A program made the position numbers and the translations under genes. Below the pieces are notes generated by a model that saw only the letters and a list, made by a program, of their open reading frames with translations, was not told the DNA's origin and did not search any database. A stretch of DNA of 64,000 bases from a virus (Duplodnaviria; Caudoviricetes): positions 293 through 64,292 of IMG/VR virus record IMGVR_UViG_3300046318_000374. The stretch is one strand, 5' to 3'. Below are positions 1 through 8,593 of the stretch, in pieces; positions within the stretch are counted from its first letter, which is position 1; each line of letters opens with the position of its first letter.

Positions 1-1
1 T

Positions 2-901
2 CTTTAACTTTTGATTTACTGAAATCTTTGGTTCAGCTAATTGCATTAATGTTTTGTTTCGTAAAATAACATCTTTATTATCAATAATATCGGTGTATAA
101 TTTTGATTGTCCAACTTTACTTTCTGCGATTTGAAAAAACTCATCAAAATCAATAGTTCTATCTTCACTTAACTCTGGAAATCGTTTCATTACTGTCTTT
201 AATCCACATCCTTTTATACCCGGAATATTATCCGAATTATCTCCATCCAACGTTCTAAATAAAAGTAGATTTTGTGGATATAAACCGTAGTCTTCAAATA
301 CAGCTTTCCTATCATATGTTTTCTTTTTACTTGGAGAATAAATTGTGGTTTTATCATCCACTAACTGAAGAAAATCTTTATCCGTAGATGCAATTATACA
401 TTCTTCCCCCTCTCCCAAAATATGTTTAGCAATGTGTCCAATAACATCATCTGCTTCTATCCCATCGTAAATCATTGTTGTAATTGGTAAATTATCTAAA
501 ATATCCACCAACCATACAAATTGACGTTTCATAGAGATATTCTCATCCTCCTGGGTCATCATTTCTGGATACTGCCGATTAACTCTAAATCGATTTTTAC
601 CTCTATCGGCTTTGTATCCTCCATATATTTTTTTTCTACCATCACTACCACCCTTACCATCAAAGACAAGAACTACCCGTGTTGGATTAAATTGTCTGAT
701 TGCGTATGCAATTGATTTTAATGAACCAACAACTCCACCCGTGTGGTCACCATCTTCGTTCATCGTAGGATTGGTTGTCCAACTACGGATGAAGGTGTTT
801 AGTCCATCAATGACAAGAACTCTACTATTCCTTACCCTATCGGCACTAGAATTGTGTTCAGTTTCAACCTCATTAAGTAATTTTTTGTAAAGTTCTTTCA
901 T
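2..901 (-). CDS. 5'-3' exonuclease / flap endonuclease (Pol I N-terminal domain, T4 RNase H-like); truncated by window edge
   Basis: Not in the ORF track; translated by hand from ATG at 901: MKELYKKLL...VLVIDGLNTFIR...VFDGKGGS..RKKIYGGYKADR...EADDVIG...STDKDFLQL...DGDNSDNIPGIKGCGLKT. These are the FEN/PIN acidic motifs plus the H3TH motif. Confidence 0.9.
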   Translation of the reverse strand, partial: MKELYKKLLNEVETEHNSSADRVRNSRVLVIDGLNTFIRSWTTNPTMNEDGDHTGGVVGSLKSIAYAIRQFNPTRVVLVFDGKGGSDGRKKIYGGYKADRGKNRFRVNRQYPEMMTQEDENISMKRQFVWLVDILDNLPITTMIYDGIEADDVIGHIAKHILGEGEECIIASTDKDFLQLVDDKTTIYSPSKKKTYDRKAVFEDYGLYPQNLLLFRTLDGDNSDNIPGIKGCGLKTVMKRFPELSEDRTIDFDEFFQIAESKVGQSKLYTDIIDNKDVILRNKTLMQLAEPKISVNQKLK

Positions 902-924
902 TTTGTTTGTAACATATTAGTTAA

Positions 925-2043
925 TTAATCTCCAATAACTTGTGAATCTACAAATAGTTCATCACTATCGATTGAACCTTTTTTGTATTGTAAGATTGTT
1001 GCCTCACAAATACGCTTGTAGATTTGGTCTTTAACTGATTGATTAGCTTCCAATAATTCAGGAAAATCCTTCGATTGGAACTTAATTTCCTCACCGGTAT
1101 CGGTATCCACATAAGTGTACCAAGCACCAGATTGTTTAAGTAAGTTATTGTCTTTCATACTGCCCAACCAAGCTCCGTAGTTATCAATACCTCTATCAAA
1201 GAAGATATCAAAATCTGCCGAACGTAATGGTGGACCCATACGATTCTTTACAACTTGACAACGAACTTTAATTCCTACAATTTGTTCATTTCCGTTCTTG
1301 TCTTTTGCTTTAATCGTTCCCATACTCTTCAATCGTAAACGAACCGATGCATGGAAAGCAATTGCCTTACCACCAGAAGTTGTCCACGGGTCAGAGAATG
1401 GCATAGCGTTCATCTTTTGTCTTAACTGATTTGTGAAAACCAAAGTGATTTTCTGTCTACCAATTAAGTTAGTGATTTTACGCATTGCTTTTGAGATAAT
1501 GATTGCCTTATCGGTAGCGTATCCATCTTTATCGTAATCAGCATCCATCTCCTTTTTAGTTGATGCTGCTGCTACTGAATCCACTACAATAGTTACATAC
1601 TTATCTTTCGATGCAGTTCTAACTTTTTCGATAATTGTTTCGGTGAACTCAAAACACTCTTCCACAGTTTCAGCTGCTACATAAAGCATTTTAGATACAT
1701 CTACTCCAATTGCGTGTAAGAACTCCGCACTTACTGCATTTTCAGTATCAATTAATACTGCCAATCCACCTAATTTTTGCGTTTCGGCAAGAAGGTGGGC
1801 GGATAGGAGTGATTTACCACTCTGCTCCAACCCAGTAACTTCGGTAATTCTACCAACAGGCAATCCACCATAAGGGCGATTTGAGATAGCCACATCCAAC
1901 AATGATGCTCCGGTTGATACCCAACCCTCCACATTTGTAGGTGCTTCATCCGAATCCAAAAAGAATGCCACTTTCTGGTCTTTAGATTGTTTGTTTAGAG
2001 ATTCGGCAAGTATATCTGCTAACTCTATTTCCTTTTTTGCCAT
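925..2043 (-). CDS. recA: RecA/UvsX recombinase
   Basis: Walker A GLEQSGKS, IDTENA, VVDSVAA, FTNQLR, TSGGKAIAFHASVRL, VVKNR, GAWY motifs. Confidence 0.95.
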   Translation of the reverse strand: MAKKEIELADILAESLNKQSKDQKVAFFLDSDEAPTNVEGWVSTGASLLDVAISNRPYGGLPVGRITEVTGLEQSGKSLLSAHLLAETQKLGGLAVLIDTENAVSAEFLHAIGVDVSKMLYVAAETVEECFEFTETIIEKVRTASKDKYVTIVVDSVAAASTKKEMDADYDKDGYATDKAIIISKAMRKITNLIGRQKITLVFTNQLRQKMNAMPFSDPWTTSGGKAIAFHASVRLRLKSMGTIKAKDKNGNEQIVGIKVRCQVVKNRMGPPLRSADFDIFFDRGIDNYGAWLGSMKDNNLLKQSGAWYTYVDTDTGEEIKFQSKDFPELLEANQSVKDQIYKRICEATILQYKKGSIDSDELFVDSQVIGD

Positions 2044-2055
2044 AACTTACGTTTT

Positions 2056-2892
2056 TTAGTTGTTGAATAGGTCATCAAATGCAGATGTTACATCGTCTAA
2101 TTTTTTAGCCGGTGCTGGTGCTTCCGCTACTGCCTCCACTTTTGGTGTTGGTGTAGGAACTACTGATTCTGCAGGTGATGCGGTAGAAGATAAGGTTTGT
2201 GCCGATGCTGAAGTTACTTCTTCTTCATCACCACCAGCCGATGGATTTAACCAACCTTCTAACACTCCTTTCAACTCACTATAAGTAAGTTCTTGGTAAA
2301 GTTCGGTGATTTCTCTTTGGTTGTTAAGGAACTTTTCAGTATCCTCTTTTGTATCAGCCAAAGGAGTTTCTTTTGGTTTAACGCGGATTGTAGTTACTGG
2401 ATAAGATGTACCACTATCTTCCGCAGATACAATCTCAACAACGATATCTCTACCCTCATTTGGGTCAGTAATATCACCATAATCTGGGTCTGCAATGTAT
2501 CCTAAAATCTCTTGGTACACTGTCTTACCAAATCCCCAAAAACGAACACCTTCTCCTTCTTCTCCACGTACTAATACTGGTACGAATGTACGAAGTTTTG
2601 GCTCCATTTGTTTTGCGGCTTTCCAATCTTCTTTATCACCCATGCGCTTTAGTTTATCGGAAAACTCAACGATTGGGTCAGGACGACCAAACGATTGCGG
2701 AGATAAATAAGATTTGTTGTTAATATTGTAATGAAAATAAAGTTCGATAAAAGGATTATCTTTGTTGAACTTATAGGGAACTAATCGGATTTGATGTTTT
2801 CCCGGTGTTGGTTTCCACAATTCTACTTTTTTAGAAGTTGTGCTTTGTAGTTTGTTCAGTCTACCTCTGATAGCATCTAAATTAATAGCCAT
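2056..2892 (-). CDS. single-stranded DNA-binding protein (T4 gp32-like)
   Basis: IRLVPY..NPF.ELYFHY, WGFGKTVYQ, DITDPNEGRD motifs, an acidic C-terminal tail (AFDDLF) and position next to the recombinase. Confidence 0.85.
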   Translation of the reverse strand: MAINLDAIRGRLNKLQSTTSKKVELWKPTPGKHQIRLVPYKFNKDNPFIELYFHYNINNKSYLSPQSFGRPDPIVEFSDKLKRMGDKEDWKAAKQMEPKLRTFVPVLVRGEEGEGVRFWGFGKTVYQEILGYIADPDYGDITDPNEGRDIVVEIVSAEDSGTSYPVTTIRVKPKETPLADTKEDTEKFLNNQREITELYQELTYSELKGVLEGWLNPSAGGDEEEVTSASAQTLSSTASPAESVVPTPTPKVEAVAEAPAPAKKLDDVTSAFDDLFNN

Positions 2893-2960
2893 TTCGTTTA
2901 AGTTTTAAGAGTTTATGTTTTATGGTTTTATTTGGGTGTCTTTCCTACACCGACGTCTTA

Positions 2961-2968
2961 TATAAATA
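2961..2968 (-). promoter_or_regulatory. putative late promoter motif TATTTATA
   Basis: Recurrent intergenic motif, here about 70 nt upstream of the SSB start. Confidence 0.5.
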
Positions 2969-2979
2969 TAACGATGTCA

Positions 2980-3011
2980 CAAAGATAGGAAGAAAAATCC
3001 ACATATCCAAA
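2980..3011 (-). promoter_or_regulatory. Bacteroidota sigma70-type promoter
   Basis: TTTG (3011-3008), 20-nt spacer, TATCTTTG (2987-2980); matches the -33/-7 consensus TTTG..TAnnTTTG. Confidence 0.8.
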
Positions 3012-3059
3012 TCTTTTTTTAAGTTTTTTTCAATGGTGTTTTTCTTCATATAATTGTAA

Positions 3060-3091
3060 CAAAGATACCAATAATTTGTTACAAATCCAAA
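3060..3091 (-). promoter_or_regulatory. Bacteroidota sigma70-type promoter (second, tandem)
   Basis: TTTG (3091-3088), 20-nt spacer, TATCTTTG (3067-3060). Confidence 0.8.
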
Positions 3092-3092
3092 C

Positions 3093-3122
3093 AAAAAAGG
3101 GAAAACTTTCGTTCTCCCTTTT
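3093..3122 (-). terminator. rho-independent terminator
   Basis: GGGAGAAC-GAAA-GTTTTCCC hairpin followed by a U-run, just after the 3125 stop. Confidence 0.8.
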
Positions 3123-3124
3123 GT

Positions 3125-4270
3125 TTATCGTATGATTGATTCTTTTACTAATTGTTGAAGTTGATTAACTGCCAATCTAGCTTCATTTTGTGTGATACCC
3201 TCACCTTTCTTTTCTGCATTGTATTCTTCAACTGCCTTTGCTAATATTTTAGGTGGTATATCCATTTTTTCTAAATTATCAGCTACTGCTGAAAGAAATT
3301 GTTCCATTGCCTTTTCTTCATCAATATCAGTATCACCGGCAAATAATGCTGCTTTACCAACACCTGCTATGATAGTTTCTTCAACAACGTGTGGTATGAA
3401 ACCACTCATACATTTCATAGCAAATGCACCTGCTCCAGCACCCAATCCACCCGTTACAATACCAATTCCAACACCTAATGCAAACTTTTTAGCAACACTT
3501 TTTACGGCTTTCTTTTGTGGTTCGGTCATTTCAATACCATCTTTCCACATTGCAATTCCGGTTGCAGCATCTTTGAATGTATGAACTTCGTGTTGGAATC
3601 CTTTTTTAAGAGCATGATACGCACCAACTGCTTTATCTTTTAATGCTTTACCCCAACTTCTTCTTTCTGGTGAATTACCTTTATGTACTTTTTCTTTGAA
3701 AAATGCCTTCTCCTCCTCTACCCAATCTTTGATACCATCTTTAATTGCTCTAGCATATACTTTTGGTTTTGTTACTGCGGTTTTCACATTTTTTCTTAAT
3801 CCGGCTTCAGCATCACCACCATCCGATGAATGTGCTGCCTTTTCAGCTTCCGCATCTTTTGCCAATTTAGCTTGTGTTTCTTTTTCAGTATCCATTCTAG
3901 CAGCCATTGCAACATCACCTTTATACATTGCAGCAGGGCTTGCTTTTTGTGGTTCTGCTCCTTTTGCAGCAGGTGCTTCTGGTTTTGTATCTCCACCAAC
4001 TTTTGTATTTTTGGCAGTTGCTACTGATTTACCATCTTTTTCTCTACCCAATGAACGATTTATAGATTTTCTTTCAGGAGTACCTGGCTTTGGAAGTGTT
4101 TTTTCCGCTGCTAATCTACCAGGATTATCTTTTGCTAATCTTAATAAATTACCAACTGAATTTTCTTTTTGTTTACCATCCTTATCGGTATATTTTATCT
4201 TTTTATTTAACGCAGGGTTGGTGAATTGTTTTTCATCTGCCTCCGTTATTAAGTTTGATAATCTAATCAT
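3125..4270 (-). CDS. hypothetical protein, probable head-internal protein with glycine-rich hydrophobic segment
   Basis: 381-aa ORF with its own TATTTATA motif, N-terminal MIRLSNLITE, and a Gly/Ala hydrophobic stretch FALGVGIGIVTGGLGAGAGAFA. Confidence 0.55.
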   Translation of the reverse strand: MIRLSNLITEADEKQFTNPALNKKIKYTDKDGKQKENSVGNLLRLAKDNPGRLAAEKTLPKPGTPERKSINRSLGREKDGKSVATAKNTKVGGDTKPEAPAAKGAEPQKASPAAMYKGDVAMAARMDTEKETQAKLAKDAEAEKAAHSSDGGDAEAGLRKNVKTAVTKPKVYARAIKDGIKDWVEEEKAFFKEKVHKGNSPERRSWGKALKDKAVGAYHALKKGFQHEVHTFKDAATGIAMWKDGIEMTEPQKKAVKSVAKKFALGVGIGIVTGGLGAGAGAFAMKCMSGFIPHVVEETIIAGVGKAALFAGDTDIDEEKAMEQFLSAVADNLEKMDIPPKILAKAVEEYNAEKKGEGITQNEARLAVNQLQQLVKESIIR

Positions 4271-4292
4271 TGAAAATGTGTTTATTATATAC

Positions 4293-4300
4293 TATAAATA
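4293..4300 (-). promoter_or_regulatory. putative late promoter TATTTATA
   Basis: About 23 nt upstream of ATG 4270, immediately after a terminator. Confidence 0.65.
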
Positions 4301-4309
4301 TTGTGAAAT

Positions 4310-4336
4310 AAAAAAGGAGGATTAAATCCCCCTTCT
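4310..4336 (-). terminator. rho-independent terminator
   Basis: GGGGGATT/AATCCTCC hairpin plus U-run after the endolysin stop. Confidence 0.65.
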
Positions 4337-4338
4337 TT

Positions 4339-5205
4339 TTATGCTAATAAGTGATAGTATTCTTTGAAATGTTTAATTCTGTCTGCCAAACCAATTGTAC
4401 CTCCGTTTACTCTTTTAGTAATTTTTGTTACAACTGCATCCGAACTTCCTTCATCTGCTATCTTATGTAATCCGTTTTTAGAAAAGAACCAAGCTGCTGA
4501 TAATAATGCGTATGGACCAGATACTTTATCCTGATTAACTGTCATATCCTCACCGATTGATTTACCAAATGCAGTATAGTTTTCTTTTCCAGTCAATTGG
4601 ATGTATCCTCTTCCTCTAAATTTGTATCCCTCTCCACTACTTTCAGGACCGTTACCCATTCTACCACCATATACTCTATTTGCAATCTTCTCCGGCTTTC
4701 TTTCATAAGCGGCTGCTAATGCTGGAGTTGGGAAATACTTTTTGAATATACCCATCAAACCTTTTGCCGAATAGTTTAAGTTTTCTTGTGTTGCACGGAA
4801 TCCTCCACTTTCGTGTCCACATTGTGCAAGGAAATGTGCTAATCTTAATGGTGTGTTGATACCAAACTTTGCAGCGGTATCAGGTATCATTGCAATTACA
4901 TTATCAGGAACGTGTCCTTTTAATTTTGCCAAATTTAATCCAGCTACACTTGCCACCGGCGCAGATGCAACAGGTTGTGGTGCAGGTGCGGTTGGTTGTG
5001 CTACTGGTTTTGGAACTGTGGTAATACCCATAATTTTGTTCCAAGTATTAGGTCCAACAATACCATCGGCAGTTAAACCATTTTTTGCTTGCCAAGCTTT
5101 TACAGCATCTTCCGTTTTAGGACCAAAGTTACCAATTGGTTCTAAACCCAATTTGGCTTGTAATTTCTTTACATCTTCGTTGTTATCCCCTCTTTTTAAT
5201 AACAT
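4339..5205 (-). CDS. endolysin: peptidoglycan-binding domain + glycoside hydrolase family 19
   Basis: PG_binding_1 motifs (GNFGPKTEDAVKAWQ...ADGIVGPNTW), Pro/Ala linker, and GH19 motifs AHFLAQCGHESGGF..ENLNYS, FRGRGYIQLTG, ITKRVNGG. Confidence 0.92.
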   Translation of the reverse strand: MLLKRGDNNEDVKKLQAKLGLEPIGNFGPKTEDAVKAWQAKNGLTADGIVGPNTWNKIMGITTVPKPVAQPTAPAPQPVASAPVASVAGLNLAKLKGHVPDNVIAMIPDTAAKFGINTPLRLAHFLAQCGHESGGFRATQENLNYSAKGLMGIFKKYFPTPALAAAYERKPEKIANRVYGGRMGNGPESSGEGYKFRGRGYIQLTGKENYTAFGKSIGEDMTVNQDKVSGPYALLSAAWFFSKNGLHKIADEGSSDAVVTKITKRVNGGTIGLADRIKHFKEYYHLLA

Positions 5206-5219
5206 TTCTCAAATATTTT

Positions 5220-5645
5220 TTAATTAGTGGTTGTAACTTCTTCTTTTTCCTCACCAAATGATATTACCTCAAAAACACGAGTTTGTATCTTTTTAGTTCC
5301 GGTTGCATTTGTTAATATGATTGAATTCTTAAATTTAGGCCAATCAATCACAAAGTTAGAATTTAATACCCCACCATTCTCCTCTTTAACTAATTCGTTA
5401 AGAGCATTGATTGTATATAAGGTATTAGATTCCTTCTTTCTATGTATTAATATAGTATTTTCCAACGGAGTTGCCGGTTGGAAAGCTGTATCTATGTTGT
5501 ATGTGATAAACAATTCCTCTAAATTGGATTTGTTTTGTAGAATATAAATATAGTTGTAAACTATATGGTATATTTCTCTAATTTGTTGTAGAGTGTTTTG
5601 TAACTCTTCTTTTGTTGTAAACGTGCAAAGTAACTGTGTCTTCAT
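5220..5645 (-). CDS. hypothetical protein
   Basis: 141-aa ORF in the operon direction with an upstream late-type motif. Confidence 0.6.
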   Translation of the reverse strand: MKTQLLCTFTTKEELQNTLQQIREIYHIVYNYIYILQNKSNLEELFITYNIDTAFQPATPLENTILIHRKKESNTLYTINALNELVKEENGGVLNSNFVIDWPKFKNSIILTNATGTKKIQTRVFEVISFGEEKEEVTTTN

Positions 5646-5675
5646 CTATCTCTCGTTTGTAATTCGATATTCGTA

Positions 5676-5683
5676 AATAAATA
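5676..5683 (-). promoter_or_regulatory. putative late promoter variant TATTTATT
   Basis: About 31 nt upstream of ATG 5645. Confidence 0.45.
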
Positions 5684-5713
5684 TCAAATTACAAATGAAA
5701 GGGCTATTTTGAG

Positions 5714-7921
5714 TTATTTTTTAGGTGCATTATGGAATCTACCTGCACCGGCATTACCACTTCTACCCTCATCTCCCCAAGTTCCAACATTAAATTCTGG
5801 TCTAATATACGCTAAAATAGTAACACCATTTGATGAATCAATCTTAATATCGTGGTTTTTTACTAATTCCGCACCACCTCTATCGCCCGATTGTGAAAGA
5901 ATACTATCATTACTAAAATCTTGCACATCTACATTTGTATTGTATGCTTCGTGAGATAATTGTGAATACATATAGTAACTCTCTAATCTCATACGGATTT
6001 TTTTCATTGTTTCCCCATCAATATCCTTACCTTTTTTAGTTCTTTGTTCTTTTATTGCCGCTTCTGCCGCATTTACCGATTTCCACGCACCATTTGGTTC
6101 TTTAAGGTTATTTTCAACACCTGCAATAAATTCATCACTAACTCCCAAAGATGTTGCTTTATCTTTTAAGGTATTTCTATATTTAGTTTGTAATTCAACG
6201 TGTCCATCCATAGGTTCATCTAATTTCATACGATAGATATCATCGTGCGATTTTGATAATTCTATTATGGCTTCTTTTTTAGTACCATCGGGGTCATCTT
6301 TGTAAGTAGATTTTTCAGTTTTAGATGTTAAAGCACTTGCTCCACCTACACCTTTTTTAACACTCTTACCATCCAATGTTACAATTTTTCTTTCACCTGC
6401 ACCATTTGTATTAATTGTAATCACATCAACAGTTTCCAATGTTGTACTTTCTGGCAATAAAGCACATGCACCATTTTGAGTACCTCTACCACCATCGTGC
6501 ATTTCTACAATTGCAGAATATACCTCTGCATAGTTTGCCCAACATTCTTTTAGCGATGGTTCACCCTCATCATTTGCAATTGAAGACATTAAACCATTCA
6601 AATCCTTAAACCATTGTTCTGGATTTTCATTAGGGTCTCTTTGTGCAAATTCTTCCATTGAATCAATAAGTTTTGTAACTCTTTCATCATTTACACCCTC
6701 TTTTTTGGCTAGATTTCTCAATCTACCTGCCATACCATTCAATGCACCTTTAATAACTGTAACTCTATTTTCTGGAGTATCCGGTGAAACACCATTATCC
6801 ATATCAATGAATTGTAAATCACCTTTTTCAATCGCTTTGGAGTATTCATCCATATTTCGATTGTTTCTTTGTCTTACTTTCTTTTCTTCAGGTGTAATAT
6901 TTGGTTCATTTTCATCCAATCTTGCAATAGTTGTAGCACCAATTTTAACCGCAGTTATTTGGCCATTTTCATCTTTATCAACCGATGCCAATGGTTTACC
7001 ATCTGCACCCTGAATTAATTTTGTTTTACCACTTTCATCCACAAATGTTTGATTTGCAGTTGTTAATTTTGTACCAAAAGTAGATGCTGACATTTGTGAT
7101 AATCCACCTTTTTCGGTAAATTGTCTAAATGCGGCATATGTTGGTGTACTTCCACCTTTACCACCTACCTCAACTTTAACTCGTTTGTTTCCTTTGAAAT
7201 TACCCGGCTCTTTTGCAATATAGTATTTGGCAGTATCCGGCTTTTTTGCAGTTGGTTCGGCAATTCTAACAAATGGTTGTAAAAAATCCTTTTCTTCCTC
7301 CGTTAATTTTTGACCAGCAAACATTTTATTCATTAATGCTTGTACTTTCTTATGAGATTCCGCGTGTGGATTTTTTGGGTCATTTGCCAATTTTTCTAAT
7401 TGGTCATTTATTGCTTGTGCACCTGCTTTTACTGCATCTTTTGCTTTTGTAGTAGCAGCAGTATCATCAATACCGCCTAATAATGAATCTAAACTTTGAA
7501 CTTCACTATCCGTAGATGGTTTAGCCTTTGGTTCTGCTGTTGGTTGTGTAGTTTGTTGTGGGGTTTGTTCTCCCCCACCTCTTTGTGCTTGGTAATCTGC
7601 ACCAAACAAATCCGAACCTGCTGCTTTTTGTGGTGCTTCTTTTTCACCCTTTGGCATTATGTGAGTACCATCTTTTACTGCTGCATCTCTGGCCTCTTTT
7701 GATTTGAATACTGCCGTTTCACCAGTATCTTTTTTGGTTGCAGTAAATGTTTCATCCCCTGCTTCCCTTAAATTTTTTAATAGTTCGTGTTTTATGTTTC
7801 CTAATCCCATTTCACTCAATACGGATGATAATACATCTAAATGTTTTGAGTTTTTTGGGTTTGGCATACCATTATCTACTCTATATGCCCACTCTGCTAT
7901 TATATCGTTAATTAAAGACAT
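5714..7921 (-). CDS. large hypothetical protein, probable head-internal/ejected protein; possible C-terminal PD-(D/E)XK-like motif
   Basis: 735-aa ORF with a short N-terminal domain ending in LREA, a low-complexity linker and a C-terminal VDVI...DGKSVKK pattern. Confidence 0.5.
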   Translation of the reverse strand: MSLINDIIAEWAYRVDNGMPNPKNSKHLDVLSSVLSEMGLGNIKHELLKNLREAGDETFTATKKDTGETAVFKSKEARDAAVKDGTHIMPKGEKEAPQKAAGSDLFGADYQAQRGGGEQTPQQTTQPTAEPKAKPSTDSEVQSLDSLLGGIDDTAATTKAKDAVKAGAQAINDQLEKLANDPKNPHAESHKKVQALMNKMFAGQKLTEEEKDFLQPFVRIAEPTAKKPDTAKYYIAKEPGNFKGNKRVKVEVGGKGGSTPTYAAFRQFTEKGGLSQMSASTFGTKLTTANQTFVDESGKTKLIQGADGKPLASVDKDENGQITAVKIGATTIARLDENEPNITPEEKKVRQRNNRNMDEYSKAIEKGDLQFIDMDNGVSPDTPENRVTVIKGALNGMAGRLRNLAKKEGVNDERVTKLIDSMEEFAQRDPNENPEQWFKDLNGLMSSIANDEGEPSLKECWANYAEVYSAIVEMHDGGRGTQNGACALLPESTTLETVDVITINTNGAGERKIVTLDGKSVKKGVGGASALTSKTEKSTYKDDPDGTKKEAIIELSKSHDDIYRMKLDEPMDGHVELQTKYRNTLKDKATSLGVSDEFIAGVENNLKEPNGAWKSVNAAEAAIKEQRTKKGKDIDGETMKKIRMRLESYYMYSQLSHEAYNTNVDVQDFSNDSILSQSGDRGGAELVKNHDIKIDSSNGVTILAYIRPEFNVGTWGDEGRSGNAGAGRFHNAPKK

Positions 7922-7922
7922 T

Positions 7923-8552
7923 TTACTTAAATTTATATCCGGTCAATTTTTCTATTTGTGCTACTGATACTTCGTTATTTTGGAATCCATCAGGGTTTGA
8001 TACATCATTGTTGAATAGATATGCATGGTATTTACCTGCCACTAAAACTACTTTCCAACATTGAGTAGGAACTGATACTTTACCTATTTTCTTTTGTTCT
8101 CCAACTGAACCACTCCATACTTTTACTTTTGAACTAATCAATGCCCAATCGCGAGTTGCAGTTTCTAATGATTTCCAATCCCCTGCATTTAATCTATGTG
8201 TTTGTGCTACCATATTACTAAAGTAGAAACATTCATCCTGCACCGCCGGAGTTTGGCAAAGGTTATCAGCGGCTGGCATTACGTGTCCTCTATCATATCC
8301 ACTTTTTACATAATCTGCTCCTATATTTGTTTCAGCAGGTAATTGTGGGTCTGGCTTAAAGTTATCCTTTCTTTTTAAGGGAGTTGGGCAACCTACCATT
8401 GCTTTTGTTGTTTCCCATTCTACTAATACTGGGTATCTTTTTGATTTACTGAAGTGTGTTGTGTAGTTTGTGTGTTTGATTACTACGATGTCCTGCGCTT
8501 TTACAACAATTAATGTAAAAAAGAACAATAGACCTAAACCTAATTTTTTCAT
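7923..8552 (-). CDS. DNA/RNA non-specific endonuclease (NucA/Serratia family) with signal peptide
   Basis: GYDRGHV active-site motif, FYFSNMVAQ...LNAGDWKSLE, VPTQCWKV, IEKLTG; N-terminal MKK-hydrophobic-VKAQ. Confidence 0.9.
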   Translation of the reverse strand: MKKLGLGLLFFFTLIVVKAQDIVVIKHTNYTTHFSKSKRYPVLVEWETTKAMVGCPTPLKRKDNFKPDPQLPAETNIGADYVKSGYDRGHVMPAADNLCQTPAVQDECFYFSNMVAQTHRLNAGDWKSLETATRDWALISSKVKVWSGSVGEQKKIGKVSVPTQCWKVVLVAGKYHAYLFNNDVSNPDGFQNNEVSVAQIEKLTGYKFK

Positions 8553-8578
8553 ATGTTATAGTATTGTTTTGTATATAC

Positions 8579-8586
8579 TATAAATA
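8579..8586 (-). promoter_or_regulatory. putative late promoter TATTTATA
   Basis: About 27 nt upstream of the nuclease ATG. Confidence 0.65.
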
Positions 8587-8593
8587 TCCACTT

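Noticed and set aside
521-890. Plus-strand ORFs 521-715 and 612-890
   Set aside because: Antisense to the clear 5'-3' exonuclease gene on the minus strand.
925-2043. Intein or intron in RecA, capsid or polymerase genes
   Set aside because: Lengths are normal and motifs are contiguous; no splicing motifs were seen.
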